Shown here piece after piece: positions 1-12,041 of a stretch of 64,000 nt of DNA; position 1 is the first letter of the stretch; every line of letters begins with the position of its first letter. A program made the translations under genes and the position numbers. The notes under the pieces were generated by a model. The model was not told the origin of the DNA and made no database searches. It saw nothing but the letters and a program-made list of their open reading frames with translations. The DNA comes from Rhodosorus marinus CCMP1338 (taxonomy: Eukaryota; Plantae; Rhodophyta): positions 434,001 to 498,000 of the forward strand of contig JAMWBK010000008.1 in the NCBI GenBank assembly GCA_029953675.1, written 5' to 3'.

Positions 1-1592
1 CTATATGATGTAATACAACTAAAATACAATATATTGTATTGTAGTGCATTTGAATGATGAAAATAAAACGAATGCCCCTTCGCAAAGTGATGATTGAACT
101 GAACTTCATTTTAAAGATGGACCTCTCTCTTGACAGGCCGCAGGCTTTCTCAAGGTCCCGCTAGACTAGCTCCTCACCTTCTTTATGCAACCAACGAAAC
201 CACCACATCAAGCAGATGGGCAAGGATTGAGCGCGCATTGGGGCATAAAACTCCGGATGCTTGCTGGTTGGAATCGCCGATATGAATGGCAATTGAGGCA
301 TCGAAAACGTTGAAATCCTTGCCATTCTTGAAATGGGACAACTGAGGCCTGCCCGAGGCCCACCTGACTAAGGGTCTTGAGGTCCTCAGGTACTCAAGAG
401 GAGACGGTACAAGCTAGACTGATCCGAAGGGCATCTGGGGGAATAGAGTAAGATGGAAAGAGGCTATAGTTGGTCCGGCTCAGACCTGCTTTTAAGTTAT
501 CAGCCCAATGCCGATATCCTCCATGTGCTTTATAGGTCTGAAAGAACTTCCAGTTTCAATAACATTCACCTAATCCGCCTGGATAGGGCTCCTGATATGT
601 CCAAATGGTGCGCCTAAGAAGGGCCCTTGGCAAGCACGGGACTCTGCGGGGAACAGAACTTGCTTATTGATCTAGCCCATTCCAACAGGGAAGTATACTT
701 GGACCATGGGGGAGGTTCTTTCTTTTTCCTAGCATTTTATAGATCATTTATGGTCTCGAACCAACTGGCGCCTTTCAAAAAAATGCGCTGCAGCGGACAT
801 ACCCCGCTCACCAGCCCGCGAACCATATCAAACTTGCTTGTACGATTGTACTATCGAACAGCTCAACTGACTTTTTAAGGAACCGAGTTAGAATTAAAAT
901 ACAATAGAAACTTCCAACCCCAACGCCGGTCGATGCATAATCCAATTAAGACTTACCACCTGTTGTATCCACGAGAATCAATTGGATAATTAAAGACTGA
1001 TATTCAATCTTTATTATTCATACGGATTGAGTTTTCTGATGCTTGAATTTAAGGGGGAGAGGCAGAAACACTTTTGGCAGTAGAAGACCTTATTAAAGAT
1101 AAAATTATAAATAATAAATATTCCCCAAAATAATTTACCCCTCTTCTCGCCGAATCCATGTTTTTTTTGCGACGTGAGAACTAAAAAACTAAAAATAAAG
1201 AAGAAAAAAAGGATGAACCTTTTGATGGGAAAATGAATTTTCGTTGTTTTTGATGTCTTTTGAGCGGTAGGGACAATCATTTTTGTAGAATATCCTAAAA
1301 ATAAACAGAACTGTCATATAACCCCAGAAAGTAGTGTTTTTGAGGGGGTTGACGTTTTTACGTCAGAAGGGGAAGGGGGGGAAGAGTTTTATGTCTACTG
1401 GGAGTTCTACATCAAGCTCTTGGATATAAATATAAATATAAAAAGCGATCGAGTGACGAAGGGGAGGACGAATAGAGGTAGAGCGGGGGGAGGGAGGAGG
1501 GGAGAGAGAGAGTGTGTAGGGGTGGTTTGGGAGGGGTGAGTGGGTGGAAAGGTATTTTAAGGAGTTTTTTGTTGTTGTTGAAGTAGGGAAGG

Positions 1593-2846
1593 ATGGTTTT
1601 GAAGGTACACTCTTACCCGAACAATGACCGGGTGATGCGTGTGAAGATCGCAGCTTTGTACGTTGGTGCGGAGTTGGAGGAGGTCCCGGTGAGTCTTCCG
1701 TTGAGTGGGGATGTGAAGGAGAGGGTTCCGCTCGGAAAAGTTCCTTACCTGGAGACGGAAGATGGGTCCATCGTTTTTGAGTCGATCGCGGTCCTCTACT
1801 ACGTCGGTGGGTTGAGGGCGGACGTTGACCTCCTCGGAAGATCGCATCTTGAGAAGGCGAGAGTGGTGCAGTGGTTGTCCTACGTGGAGTCTTATCTATC
1901 GAAGACTTTCCCCACGCTGCTGTACCCACATTTCAGACCGGAAAATTTCAAGACGAACCCGTTGGAAGAGAAATCCAATGAGGAGCAGCTTCTGAGGGTT
2001 CTGAAAGCGTTGAATGCCCACTTGACTGACCATACGTATCTTGCATCAGAGAGAGTAACAGTTGCTGATATTGCAGTAATGCCGACTCTCAAGAGAGTTT
2101 TCGAGAACATTGCCGGGGACGATGTCCGCTCTCAGATACCGCATGTTATGCGTTACTTCAATACCTGCATGGGTAAGACCAACTTTGCTGCCGTTCTCGG
2201 TGAGGTTACCCTCTGCGAGAAGAGCTTGCGTCAGAAAAGGGACGAGCAGGTAAAGGCCAAGAAGGCCGCTGAGAAGGCTGAGAAGGCAAAGGCAAAGGAA
2301 GCCACAGCTGCACAGCCGGCCGCTGCCCCGCCCGCTGAGAAGAAGGAGAAGCCGAAGAACCCATTGGACTTGCTCCCGCCTACGCCGTTTGTTATGGACG
2401 AGTGGAAGAGGCAGTACTCAAACAACGACACTCGCCCGGTAGCACTCCCCTGGCTCTGGGAGAATATCGATAAGGAGGGGTACACCTTTTGGTTCTGCAA
2501 ATACAAGTACAACGATGAGCTGCAAAAAACATTCATGGCCGCCAACTTGATCACTGGCTGGTTTCAGCGCATTGAGCACGTCCGAAAATTCTTGTTCGGA
2601 AACGTGCACGTGTTCGGTAAAAGCGGAGAAGGCGTTGAGATCTCGGGTGTATGGATCATCCGAGGAACCATGGATCCAACTGATGACAACCTGATGGGCA
2701 AAGACGATGCAGCGTACTATGACTGGAGGAAGATGTGCAGCGATGACCCCGCTGACAAGGCCCTGATTGAGGACTACTGCGCTTGGGACGGCGATTTCAA
2801 GGGTGCATCCGAGCTTGAATTCAATCAAGGTAAAACTTTCAAATAA
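1593..2846 (+). CDS. EEF1G: Translation elongation factor 1B gamma (GST-like N-domain plus EF1G C-domain), intronless
   Basis: 417-aa ORF. GST-N/GST-C fold, a Lys/Ala-rich linker, then KPKNPLDLLP..FVMDEWKRQYSN and W..DKEGYTFWFCKYKYNDEL..FMAANLITGWFQR, typical of EF1G. Confidence 0.97.
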   Translation: MVLKVHSYPNNDRVMRVKIAALYVGAELEEVPVSLPLSGDVKERVPLGKVPYLETEDGSIVFESIAVLYYVGGLRADVDLLGRSHLEKARVVQWLSYVESYLSKTFPTLLYPHFRPENFKTNPLEEKSNEEQLLRVLKALNAHLTDHTYLASERVTVADIAVMPTLKRVFENIAGDDVRSQIPHVMRYFNTCMGKTNFAAVLGEVTLCEKSLRQKRDEQVKAKKAAEKAEKAKAKEATAAQPAAAPPAEKKEKPKNPLDLLPPTPFVMDEWKRQYSNNDTRPVALPWLWENIDKEGYTFWFCKYKYNDELQKTFMAANLITGWFQRIEHVRKFLFGNVHVFGKSGEGVEISGVWIIRGTMDPTDDNLMGKDDAAYYDWRKMCSDDPADKALIEDYCAWDGDFKGASELEFNQGKTFK

Positions 2847-3415
2847 AGTGGGAAAATGACTATCCGAACTCTACACAAGATCCATGTTGGAAGCGAGTAT
2901 GGCGCTCCGTTCCGTCCAGTTGCCATCCACCCCACCCGTCACTTGGACCTCATACGCGCTTGGTCGACCCCTGAATCCTAGTACTCTACCGCAGAGTTAA
3001 AGAGTACGTCACTATCGTGAACATAATAGCACAATGTAACGCTGAACGCGCACCTGTGAATGTGGCCGAATATGTGCTCTTGTAGGAGGTGGGTTTGTGT
3101 GTATCGGACAGTTTTGGCTACCTTTACTAATGCGACGCAGCTCCTGGCAGACCAGACCGGTCCAGAGGGGAGGGAAATAATTCTATACTTTATACGACAA
3201 AAGTTAGTAAAGATAAGAAACGGAGTCGATAAATAAGCTAATCATCAAGTGCGAAAATTCTTGGCGCTATGGTAACCATCCAGACGGTGTCAGGTAAGCG
3301 TATATGATACAAAAGAAAAGATCTACAGAAACAGCTGTGGAGAGGGCAAACAAACTACTGAGTCCACTCTGGTGTCAGTCTTGCTAAGCAGGATGTAAGG
3401 TGCAACGAATTTTCC

Positions 3416-6142
3416 TCAGTCCTGTTGCTCTCCCGACGACACCAACGGCATAGTCAACGCGTTGTAGTAGGATCGAAGATCAGTCGCAACATTGGCTACC
3501 TCGTCATTTGACTTGCCAAAGTTGCCAACCGCATTTACGAGTTCCAACACAATCTCTTGGTGGCCAGACCTCACTAAGGAATCCACAATCGTTTGCAGAG
3601 CGTCCGTACAGGGCGCCCTGTTCATTGGTGTTACATCGTGCACAATCAGTCCAACCAGGCATACCGCGCCGTGTCTCGAACATGCGTTCAGAATAACACC
3701 CGACGCAATCTCCAGCTTCACATTGTGTTTCGCCTCGCAAACTCTCTTCAAAGTCGTTACAAACCCGTGGGGGGTACCTGCAAGCGATTGCAGCTCAAGG
3801 AGGGCCAGAAGTGAAGGTCGCTCACCCCGAGATTCCATACGTGTCACAGCCTTTCTCAGCATCTCCGGATCAGCTCTCTTCGAGCGCACAACTTCGTCAA
3901 ACAGCTGCTTCTGGAATGGAAACTCTGCTCTCACAAGCTCCGACATTTCCTCAGCACTGGCACCAGGAGACTGCAGCATGAGTACGAAGGTGTCCACGCT
4001 TGGAATCTTTCGATTATCTTTAAGCTCTGCGAGCGCGTTCCTGGGAGTGATCGCGCCGCACCGCATAAGAGTATTGACGTCTTGCGTTAATAGTCGTCTT
4101 CCCGCTGTTCGCAACCAGGACACATGATGCAACGCCTTTTGACGCTTGTCTGTACGCGAGTACACATCTGCTAGGCTTGATACATAGATAGCCTTCACGT
4201 CCTCACCGCCTTCTCCATCAAAGAACGCGCTCAGGTTTTCTAGCGTCCGCCAGTCCCTGTCTACCGCCAGCCGTCTGCTAGCATGTTTATGAGCCTTCAA
4301 CGACATTTGTTTTTCAAGGACTTCCATTATCCACACGACAAACACGCTTCGCCGATGCTTCGCATACACAGGAAGGAGACCTACTAGAGCCCGCTGACTC
4401 TCGCCGGATCCCTCTTCACAAACGAGCTCGAGAAGCTTGTTTTCCATCTCGGTCATGTTCTCCCGTATCGCCAGGCCAATAAGCTCAACTATGCTTTCCA
4501 GATTGACTTTAACGCCAAGCCGCTCCATAACATCAATCGCAACCTGCGCATCACCTATGTCCTTCGCGAAACTGATCATCTTATTGCAAAAGGTTACGTC
4601 GACGCCTTTGCTGTACTTCCCCACATCCAGCAGGACGGTAAAGGCTCCTCTGACGTCCCCGGATCTGGCGAGTTCCTGAACAAGCATGAGTAGAATTCTA
4701 TCGTTACCGCCCGCGTCCATTGTTTTTCTCACTGCTGCTATTGCGGAGCTCAAGCCTCCATGACGAGCAGTCGCTCTAATCACGAGCCGTGCCATTTCAA
4801 GGTCCGGCTTGAAGCCTTTGCTCAGCGCCACATCGAACATTTTCAGCGCTTCATCAGGCATGCCAATCTTGACGTACAGGCTCATGAGCGTAGAATACGT
4901 GACTATAGTTGGCCTTACACCAACCTTGCTCATTTCATCCACTACAAGAAGGGCTTCGACGACGTTGTCATTCCTCCCATGTGCGAAAGTCAACAAGTTG
5001 TAAGTAACATGATTTGGGCGCAATCCTCTAACTCTCATTTCTTTCATAAGCTCCAATACTCTCTCGACTACGCCTCTCTTCGCATACAAATTAATCACTT
5101 GATTGTACAAAGGCAAATCCACTAGTCCCCTCCTGGAAGCCATCTCGAACGTTTTCAGCGCCAAGCGATCCCAGCCACAGGCAGAATAACATCTCACTTG
5201 AGCAGTGACTGAAAGAGCGGTTTCTCGAAAACCTCGCTCCTTCATCTCCTGAAAGGTCGCGTGGAACATATCCACATCACGCAACTGCGCGTACGCTTCG
5301 AGAATGGTATGATAGACGTAGCCATCCAGCTCCATAGTCCCTTTCCGCCGTACCTTCTCAAAAACGTCAATCGCTCCGGTGAAGTCCCTCGCCTCTATGA
5401 ATGTTGCAAGTAGCGCGGAGAGTGAAAAGGCATTCGGCTCTATGCCATGGCTCTCCATACTATTAAACACTCGTAACGCTCCTTCCTTATCACCACGGCT
5501 CCGACATTCAGATAGCATCGTCGTAAACCCGTACCTTCCCAAGTGTCTTTTTTCTGGTGGGACACTCTGAATCATGGCGACGAGAACCTTCTCCGCTTCA
5601 TTCAGATCTCCACTTTTGAAAGCAGATTTCACAGCGGCGCAGAACAAGTCCCCCCGCACCGCTTGTTGCAAGCATGGCAAATGCGATGGAAGCGACTGGA
5701 GGTTGATCAAGTTGATCAAGTTGATCCGCTCACCGTGTTCCGCGAATTCCTGTACTGCAGAATTCAGAACTCTTCCAGGATCTGTACTCATCCGTAGAGC
5801 TTTCTGAGCACGCAGTAATTCATCGGCACGGACGTAAGCAATCAACATGGACGATTCTACTCCCAACGTGGGCCGTATTTGGAAATCCGCCATGGAACGG
5901 CACACGTCCTCGGCCTCCCGCAACCTCCCTCCAGCACCTAAAGCCCTAACCAACTCCTCGAACAGCGCTCTAGATGGTGGTGTCTCCGGGACATGGAAGA
6001 TTGATCGAAAAGCTTCAAGCGCCTCATCAAATCGACCCGACTTGGCCAAATACAGAACGTCCAACTTCTCCGACGCTCCCTTCCCATTCAAGCCTCCCTC
6101 AATCTTCCATGCCCTCCGGAGAGTCGTATCCGTAAGTCGCAT
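3416..6142 (-). CDS. Pentatricopeptide repeat (PPR) protein, 908 aa, intronless
   Basis: Tandem ~35-aa repeats such as YNQVINLYAKRGVVERVLELMKEMRVRGLRPNHVT, YNLLTFAHGRNDNVVEALLVVDEMSKVGVRPTIVT and YSTLMSLYVKIGMPDEALKMFDVALSKGFKPDLEM. Confidence 0.93.
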   Translation of the reverse strand: MRLTDTTLRRAWKIEGGLNGKGASEKLDVLYLAKSGRFDEALEAFRSIFHVPETPPSRALFEELVRALGAGGRLREAEDVCRSMADFQIRPTLGVESSMLIAYVRADELLRAQKALRMSTDPGRVLNSAVQEFAEHGERINLINLINLQSLPSHLPCLQQAVRGDLFCAAVKSAFKSGDLNEAEKVLVAMIQSVPPEKRHLGRYGFTTMLSECRSRGDKEGALRVFNSMESHGIEPNAFSLSALLATFIEARDFTGAIDVFEKVRRKGTMELDGYVYHTILEAYAQLRDVDMFHATFQEMKERGFRETALSVTAQVRCYSACGWDRLALKTFEMASRRGLVDLPLYNQVINLYAKRGVVERVLELMKEMRVRGLRPNHVTYNLLTFAHGRNDNVVEALLVVDEMSKVGVRPTIVTYSTLMSLYVKIGMPDEALKMFDVALSKGFKPDLEMARLVIRATARHGGLSSAIAAVRKTMDAGGNDRILLMLVQELARSGDVRGAFTVLLDVGKYSKGVDVTFCNKMISFAKDIGDAQVAIDVMERLGVKVNLESIVELIGLAIRENMTEMENKLLELVCEEGSGESQRALVGLLPVYAKHRRSVFVVWIMEVLEKQMSLKAHKHASRRLAVDRDWRTLENLSAFFDGEGGEDVKAIYVSSLADVYSRTDKRQKALHHVSWLRTAGRRLLTQDVNTLMRCGAITPRNALAELKDNRKIPSVDTFVLMLQSPGASAEEMSELVRAEFPFQKQLFDEVVRSKRADPEMLRKAVTRMESRGERPSLLALLELQSLAGTPHGFVTTLKRVCEAKHNVKLEIASGVILNACSRHGAVCLVGLIVHDVTPMNRAPCTDALQTIVDSLVRSGHQEIVLELVNAVGNFGKSNDEVANVATDLRSYYNALTMPLVSSGEQQD

Positions 6143-6361
6143 TCCAAATCCTCAAGCGGCAAGCCGCTACAAGGTCCTCCAAAATCTTACCATCGATACC
6201 TTTTTTCGCGACTTTCACTCCGTAAAACTCATCTAATTCCAACAGCAAACAACTCAAGAAAAAAGGGACCTTCCTCAACCCAAACCTAGCTCGTACAGGA
6301 GCGAATCCTACATTATTCTAGGACCTCATTTTCCTCTATCTTACGCCGCCCCCCAAGAGAG

Positions 6362-6640
6362 ATGTATTCCACCCCATACCAAGTCCAGCTCGCTTCTTAC
6401 AACCGTTCTCCATCCACCTCCCTCTATGTGAAGAAGCCTCCAAAACACAACTTCGTTTTGTGTATCTCCAGCGCAAATGACAAGAACCAGAATTATGAAA
6501 CAAATCTCAATGCCAAACTCGCGAAAACGATTATGGCGAATGATACCAAAAAAAGTCCAAATGATTCTATTTTTTCTTTGGCCAAGTTGTCCCAGCCCCG
6601 TACTGCTCGGTACATAGGACAACCATGTAATTGTAACTGA
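6362..6640 (+). CDS. Small hypothetical protein (92 aa), divergent from the PPR gene
   Basis: ATG-initiated ORF between a promoter-like stretch and an AT-rich 3' region. No recognisable motif. Confidence 0.3.
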   Translation: MYSTPYQVQLASYNRSPSTSLYVKKPPKHNFVLCISSANDKNQNYETNLNAKLAKTIMANDTKKSPNDSIFSLAKLSQPRTARYIGQPCNCN

Positions 6641-7380
6641 GACTTTTTTGGCCGATCAGCGTTTAAACTCTCTCATTGATTGTTGACGAAACCGGAATAT
6701 ATGCATGGCTATATTTAAAGACATACTAGGTAACAATCTGGAAAATGAAAATCGATTTCAACCAAGTGTCTGCCGAGAAAAATCTCAATAAGAACAGACC
6801 ACAAACAAAGAAAGGATCAAGTACATATTATATTAAAATTATACTATTTACAGTGTATTCTGAAGAGGACACCCCTTCGGATCAGAATCGCCTCACCTTC
6901 TTTCATTGCGGTGCGACTGGGGGGTGCAAAAAAAAAATAATATTGAACTCGCTGTTGGGTATTTGTTAGCATCAAGCTAAATATGAGACAATATCCTACC
7001 CAGTTTGACGTTCTCGAGCTGAACGCTTTTCATGTTTAGTGGAAACTTATTTAATACTTTTTCCTATTGTTCAAGCGTTCGGGTAAGGGGTGGTGCATAA
7101 TGCAATAAAACTACAACCTCTAGTTGTATGTCAATCAATATTTTATTAGATGACTGACTTCAATCATTTAAGTAGTGTCAGCTTTTCTTTTTTTTTGGGG
7201 GGGGTGGGTCGGTCCTCCTTGTTAGACGAACAACGTCTCTCCCTTTCGAGAGGCCTTTGCGTGTTGTTCACTAGCTCAGCTCATAAACGAGCGGTGATTT
7301 GGTTAGTAAATTATCATATCAGTTGTTTCTACTGCTCGAAGGAACCATTCAGCAGTGACTTGCGCTCAAATACGACCCGA

Positions 7381-9194
7381 TCAGGAGTCCCCTGAGGAAG
7401 GATTTCGTGGGGAACTAGCCGTCTTCGGTTTTTGGACCTGCTTAGATGGTGCTTCCTTACTAGTACTACCCTCGTCATCAACAGGCTCTGCAGTCGCACC
7501 GGTCAGATTCAGATCGGATGGCAGCGATTTCTGATCGTCAGCAGGTGCCTCTGCCCTTCCGCTGTCCGTAGCTTCGGAGTCTGCTCGTTCAGTCTCCGCC
7601 TTGCTGGCATCTTCGACCTTGCTATCCTTGGACTTGGTTTTCCTAGAAGCTTTCTTCTCAATCTTGATATCGATCTTCTTGATTCCTTCCGCATCTAGCT
7701 CCTCCTCGACTTGCTGGACCTTTGCCTGAATCATATCCCTCTCAACATCAAAGTTTTCCCCAAACTCGGGTACTTCCTCAGACCCCGCCACCTTCTGCCT
7801 CTCTACAATTTCCACTATTCTTCGTTTCTCTCGCTCCTCGGCTACAAGTTTCCACTGCTCCTCAGCTCGTTTCAAGCGATCCTGGAAGTCCTCCTCCCCT
7901 TCCTTCATCACTCCCTTCAGGCGATCACTTATACTCTTCTTGAAAAGAGTTCGATGCAACGCGACGCGCGGGTGAACATACAATACATCCTCAGCCCTAT
8001 CTATGTACCTGAAAGCTTGTCCGTTCTCATCTCTTTCCGTATAAAAGAACTTGTATGCGTCTTTCGGTTCGGCCTGAAATATGAGTAGCAAAATGGAATT
8101 AGTAAAGTTAGACTCATGGTGAGGCTATCCAATGCGATCCGCCATCTAAGTCCGAAAAAGCCTGGTGAACTGGATTCGCTCGATTGCTGTCCAGAGCGTT
8201 TCCGTTTTCACTATCGAACAGGTTCGATTGTGGATTCTCCACGAGAACTTACGGGTTTTGGAACAGGCAAGTTCTGCTTTGTCCAGCGCTCTGGTCGGAG
8301 GTGAACTTTAAGCCCATGCCTCGTGTAATAAACCAGCGTCAGCTTTCCACCGTTGGCTAATATTGCCTGTGCTGCTTGGTACGACGCCAGTGGCACCTCA
8401 ATGTCAATCTTGGCGGAGAAATATTCCCTGCCCTATCGTGTGGAAAGAAACAGTGTCAGTGCATACGAGCGAACATCTTTGACGAAATTGGCAGAGGATG
8501 TTGCTGTGGGCAGGCTAAAATCGCACCTTCGCGGTTAACTTCATGCCCCCTGGGTATCGGTTGACGTGCGGCTTCCATTGCTTCATGTCAAACAGCTTCT
8601 TCATGGTAATCTTCTCGTTTGGGTTGAGTTTTCCCGTGTCGATCAACCATTGAATTTGGTTAAGGTTAAAAGCTCTCATAGTACGTTCATTCCTAACAAA
8701 CAAAAAAACCAAAGCCGAGAGTGAGCATAGTTATAGATCCATAGATTCAATTCCAGGATTTTGAAACAAAGCTTTTGGTGACAGACGTACGGCTTAGTAT
8801 TCGCCCATGTTTTCGGGAATTGCATGTGGTAGGGAGTTCCCGCCGCGAATCTCGCGGGCAACTTGCTCCCGGATTGCTTATAAAACGTATTCTGTCCCCT
8901 TCCGTAGTTCCTCGATCCACCGCCAAACCCTCTCCTCTTAAGAACCTGTGCGTTCGTCAAAACGGATCAACAAGAACACCAATTGAAACTGTCAGGTACC
9001 CTACGTAGAATCAAAAGGCATCTCATTCAAAAACTGAAATGCGCTCTGACTTTTTTTCTCGATCCAGGGTTGATCCTCAGCCGATCCAAAGCCACCAGCT
9101 CCGTTTCTGCAACCTCATGAAACCACCGCCGCGGCGCTACACCTAACGATTCTCTACGGGTTCCTCCAGACCATACCGTCCGTAACAAGGACAT
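7381..9194 (-). CDS. MRPL15: Mitochondrial ribosomal protein uL15m with long acidic/charged C-terminal extension, spliced
   Basis: Reconstructed exons: MSLLRTVWS..LDRLRINPGSRKK | VLKRRGFGGGSRNYGRGQ..FAAGTPYHMQFPK | ..FNLNQIQWLIDTGKLNPNEKITMKKL..GMKLTA | ..AILANGGKLTLVYYTRHGLKVHLRPERW..PVPKP | AEPKDAYKFFY.. (last intron ~8076-8250). Confidence 0.88.
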
Positions 9195-10049
9195 TGTGAA
9201 TGACTATCTTATACAAATAAAACGCAAGGAGAGACCAAGAAAATGCCACTCTTTGCCTCTATTCCATGCTCTTCAATGACCCCCAAAACCCATATCATCA
9301 ACCCCAGCCGCTAACCTCAATAAAACAAATCAATCCTGACCGCGTACGTGAACGAATTAGAATTTTAGTAAACGTACTATTAGCTACAAGCGTACATTTT
9401 AGTATGATTGTACATATTTGAAATGTACATCATACTAACTTGGTACTAAGGTGATCTTAAGTTTCTGAGTAGTCTTTGCGTGTTTGCTAAGGAGGCTAAG
9501 ATATGATCAGTTCAGTCCCGAGCGAAACTACGGAGTCCTTTTTATTGCCCGCCACGAGCCACAGAGGGCGGCGCTAAGCAGAGATAAAAACTTTGGGGAG
9601 ATGGTAGCGAGGACCCCTCTAGCTAAACATTACTGTGGGAGGCTGAGAAGAAAACCAAGACGGTAACCAGGGAAGCCCGGCAGCTGAGATCTGCAAAGGA
9701 CAGACCCTAGGGAGGCGGCCTGGCGCGCTCCTGAATAACTAGGGCAGGGTTATACTCCCAGCGGGTCAGGCTCATGGAATTATGCAGGCGAGAAAGAGCA
9801 TCATTAGGGTCACAGAAGTACTCCCTCACTACCTGGAAAAATCCCAAAGACTTCCATAGATAACGGATCAAACCGAAGAGCCCACTGGCTTTATTTCACG
9901 TTGTATGCGCTATGATCGGATGGCTAGATCCCCATCGTTCCGAGGCTCCAGGTGAAGCCGAACCCACTGACAAGGAGAGCCGGTTAACGATGAGACAAGG
10001 CGCTTCTTCGTATCTGGTTTTTACAATTCGGAGTCGACGAGATGCCACT

Positions 10050-12041
10050 TCAAGCATCAGACAACACGGAAAGGTCGAGTTCGCTGTATCTTTCCAGAAA
10101 TGGCTTCAAAGTTGAGAGTATCGCTTGAGTGCCTCCCTCCATTTCGCTCTCAATGTTCAATGGAAGCAACGGATCATGGAGGCTTTGTCTTAATAGGAAC
10201 CAACCGGCCTTCCCTCCTTCCTCGGCAACTGAGAAACGGAATCCTTCATAATTAACCTTCTCCAGCTCCCACTCGGAAACACCCTTTCCGTATTCAGCAA
10301 GGTCAGCGAGAAGCTTGGAACCATAAGATTTAAAGTCGAATTCGGAACTCTTGAACTTGATACGATGCTCCACAGCCTCCTTTGGCTCGCCAAGTCCTTC
10401 ATACAATACCTCTACGCCCTGTTCGCTGTTTCTCCTCTTTATCCTCACAAGCTCAATGATGATCTTCACTGCAAGGTACGCGCCATCATCTAGCATGTAG
10501 TTTTCCTTCATTGCGCCATGACCAGACGTTTCAATAGACAACTGGGAATCCTGGCCTTTGATGTTGAGCTCAATGCCCTGATCAATAACATTCTTGTACC
10601 CCCTCTTGAAGCGAAAATGGACTCCGCCCTTCGACTCGATGAAAGCACTAAGTCCATTCGATGTGACTGAGTCAGTAACTATCGTCGTTCCCTGGTGTTC
10701 TTGTAGGACTATGCTCGCAACTACAGCGATCAACCTATACAGCAGCAAGGGCGCGATGGTTAGCTGAGAACCTCAGGAATCCCCGCTGAAGACTACACGA
10801 ACGTACCTGTTCTTGTTGACTTCGTTCCCTTGAGCATCCACCACACCACTTCGATCAACATCAGTGTCGAACACAACGCCAAGGTCTGCGGTATTCTCGA
10901 TGACAGCCTCCGATGTCATTTTCATTGCAATTTTATCCTCGGGGTTGGGTACGTGGTTTGGAAAAGACCCGTCTGGGTCCAGGAATTGGCTCCCTGTGGT
11001 ATCTGCACCGAGCTCATTCAGAACTCGATGGACAAAGAACCCCCCTGCTCCGTTTCCGGCATCAACCAGGATCTTAGTACCAGTCAGCGGACGGTCATAG
11101 TCGTCGGGATCATTGCACTCCCTTCGGATTATGTTCACCAAGTGCTCAGAATAAGTGGCCATAAAGTCTTGCTTTTCAATAGTTGCCTGAATACCGATCA
11201 AGAAATCCGCTTAAGTCCGAACGGAGGCGTGTATAAAAGGAGCCGCTAGCTTCCTATCAGTGGTTCGTACCTCGGAGTACGGAATAGATTCGCCGCCTCT
11301 GGCATCCATTGCATCCGCTGCATCCAAGAGAATCGCCTTGACGTCAGCTTTTCCAGTTCCTCCCTGACTGGTGAAAAACTTGAGCCCATTTCTGTTCTTT
11401 GGGAGATGACTGGCCGTGAGCATGATGGCACCATCAAAAGGGACTTCACCAAGAATTGTAGACATGAACATGGCCGGAGTTGTCGCCAACTCAAAGTCCG
11501 TTGCGGATGCTCCAGTAGAGGAAATAGCGTCCGCAGATATTTGCAGCAGCTCGGGGCCCGACAACCTTGAGTCTCTATGACAAAGGATGGTGCAATGTAA
11601 TTGCCGAGCGGTTAACAGCTCTGAATGCAAGGCTTACGTCTAATGTGTTGATCAATCGAAACCAGGTTTGGTACTTTGATTTTACCTGCCAAGGCTGATT
11701 CGTACATCGCGGATGTCCTTCCCTTTCACGGTTGCCACCCATCGGGCAAAAGACGAAGCGATCTCTGCTACGTACTCTTTTTTCAGAGTTACCGGTTCTT
11801 CTGGAAAAGTATCCATAGCAACGCCCCTAACGTCGCTTCCATTCTGTACCTTGATGAACGCATCCACCACGGACGACTTTGCCCTGTCCCTTTCGACGGA
11901 CGATACTTTCATAACCAGACGACATCTTCGTGCAAGCGCATGCAGCTGAGCACCGGAATCAGGTCCCAGTCTTCTGATGGCCCGTACAGACTGATTCTCT
12001 ACCACTCTACCAGCGCCCACGACAAACCCTAGACCCTCCAT
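10050..12041 (-). CDS. Phosphomannomutase/phosphoglucomutase (alpha-D-phosphohexomutase), probably plastid-targeted, spliced
   Basis: QNGSDVRG, GRDSRLSG, active-site MLTASHLPKNRNGLKF, VDAGNGAGGFF, FPNHVPNPED, metal-binding FDTDVDRSG, FKRGYKNVI and IETSGHGA. The N-terminus MEGLGFVVGAG resembles a transit peptide. Confidence 0.93.

Noticed and set aside
100-880. GC-richer stretch with ORF 627-878
   Set aside because: All six frames are interrupted and no motif was recognised; possibly a decayed gene or TE, but unsupported.
3492-6236. Numerous antisense ORFs over the PPR gene (and similar ones over other CDSs)
   Set aside because: These are shadow ORFs of real genes on the opposite strand.
9480-10040. 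Coding-like DNA between uL15m and PMM/PGM
   Set aside because: There are multiple stops and no recognisable domain.
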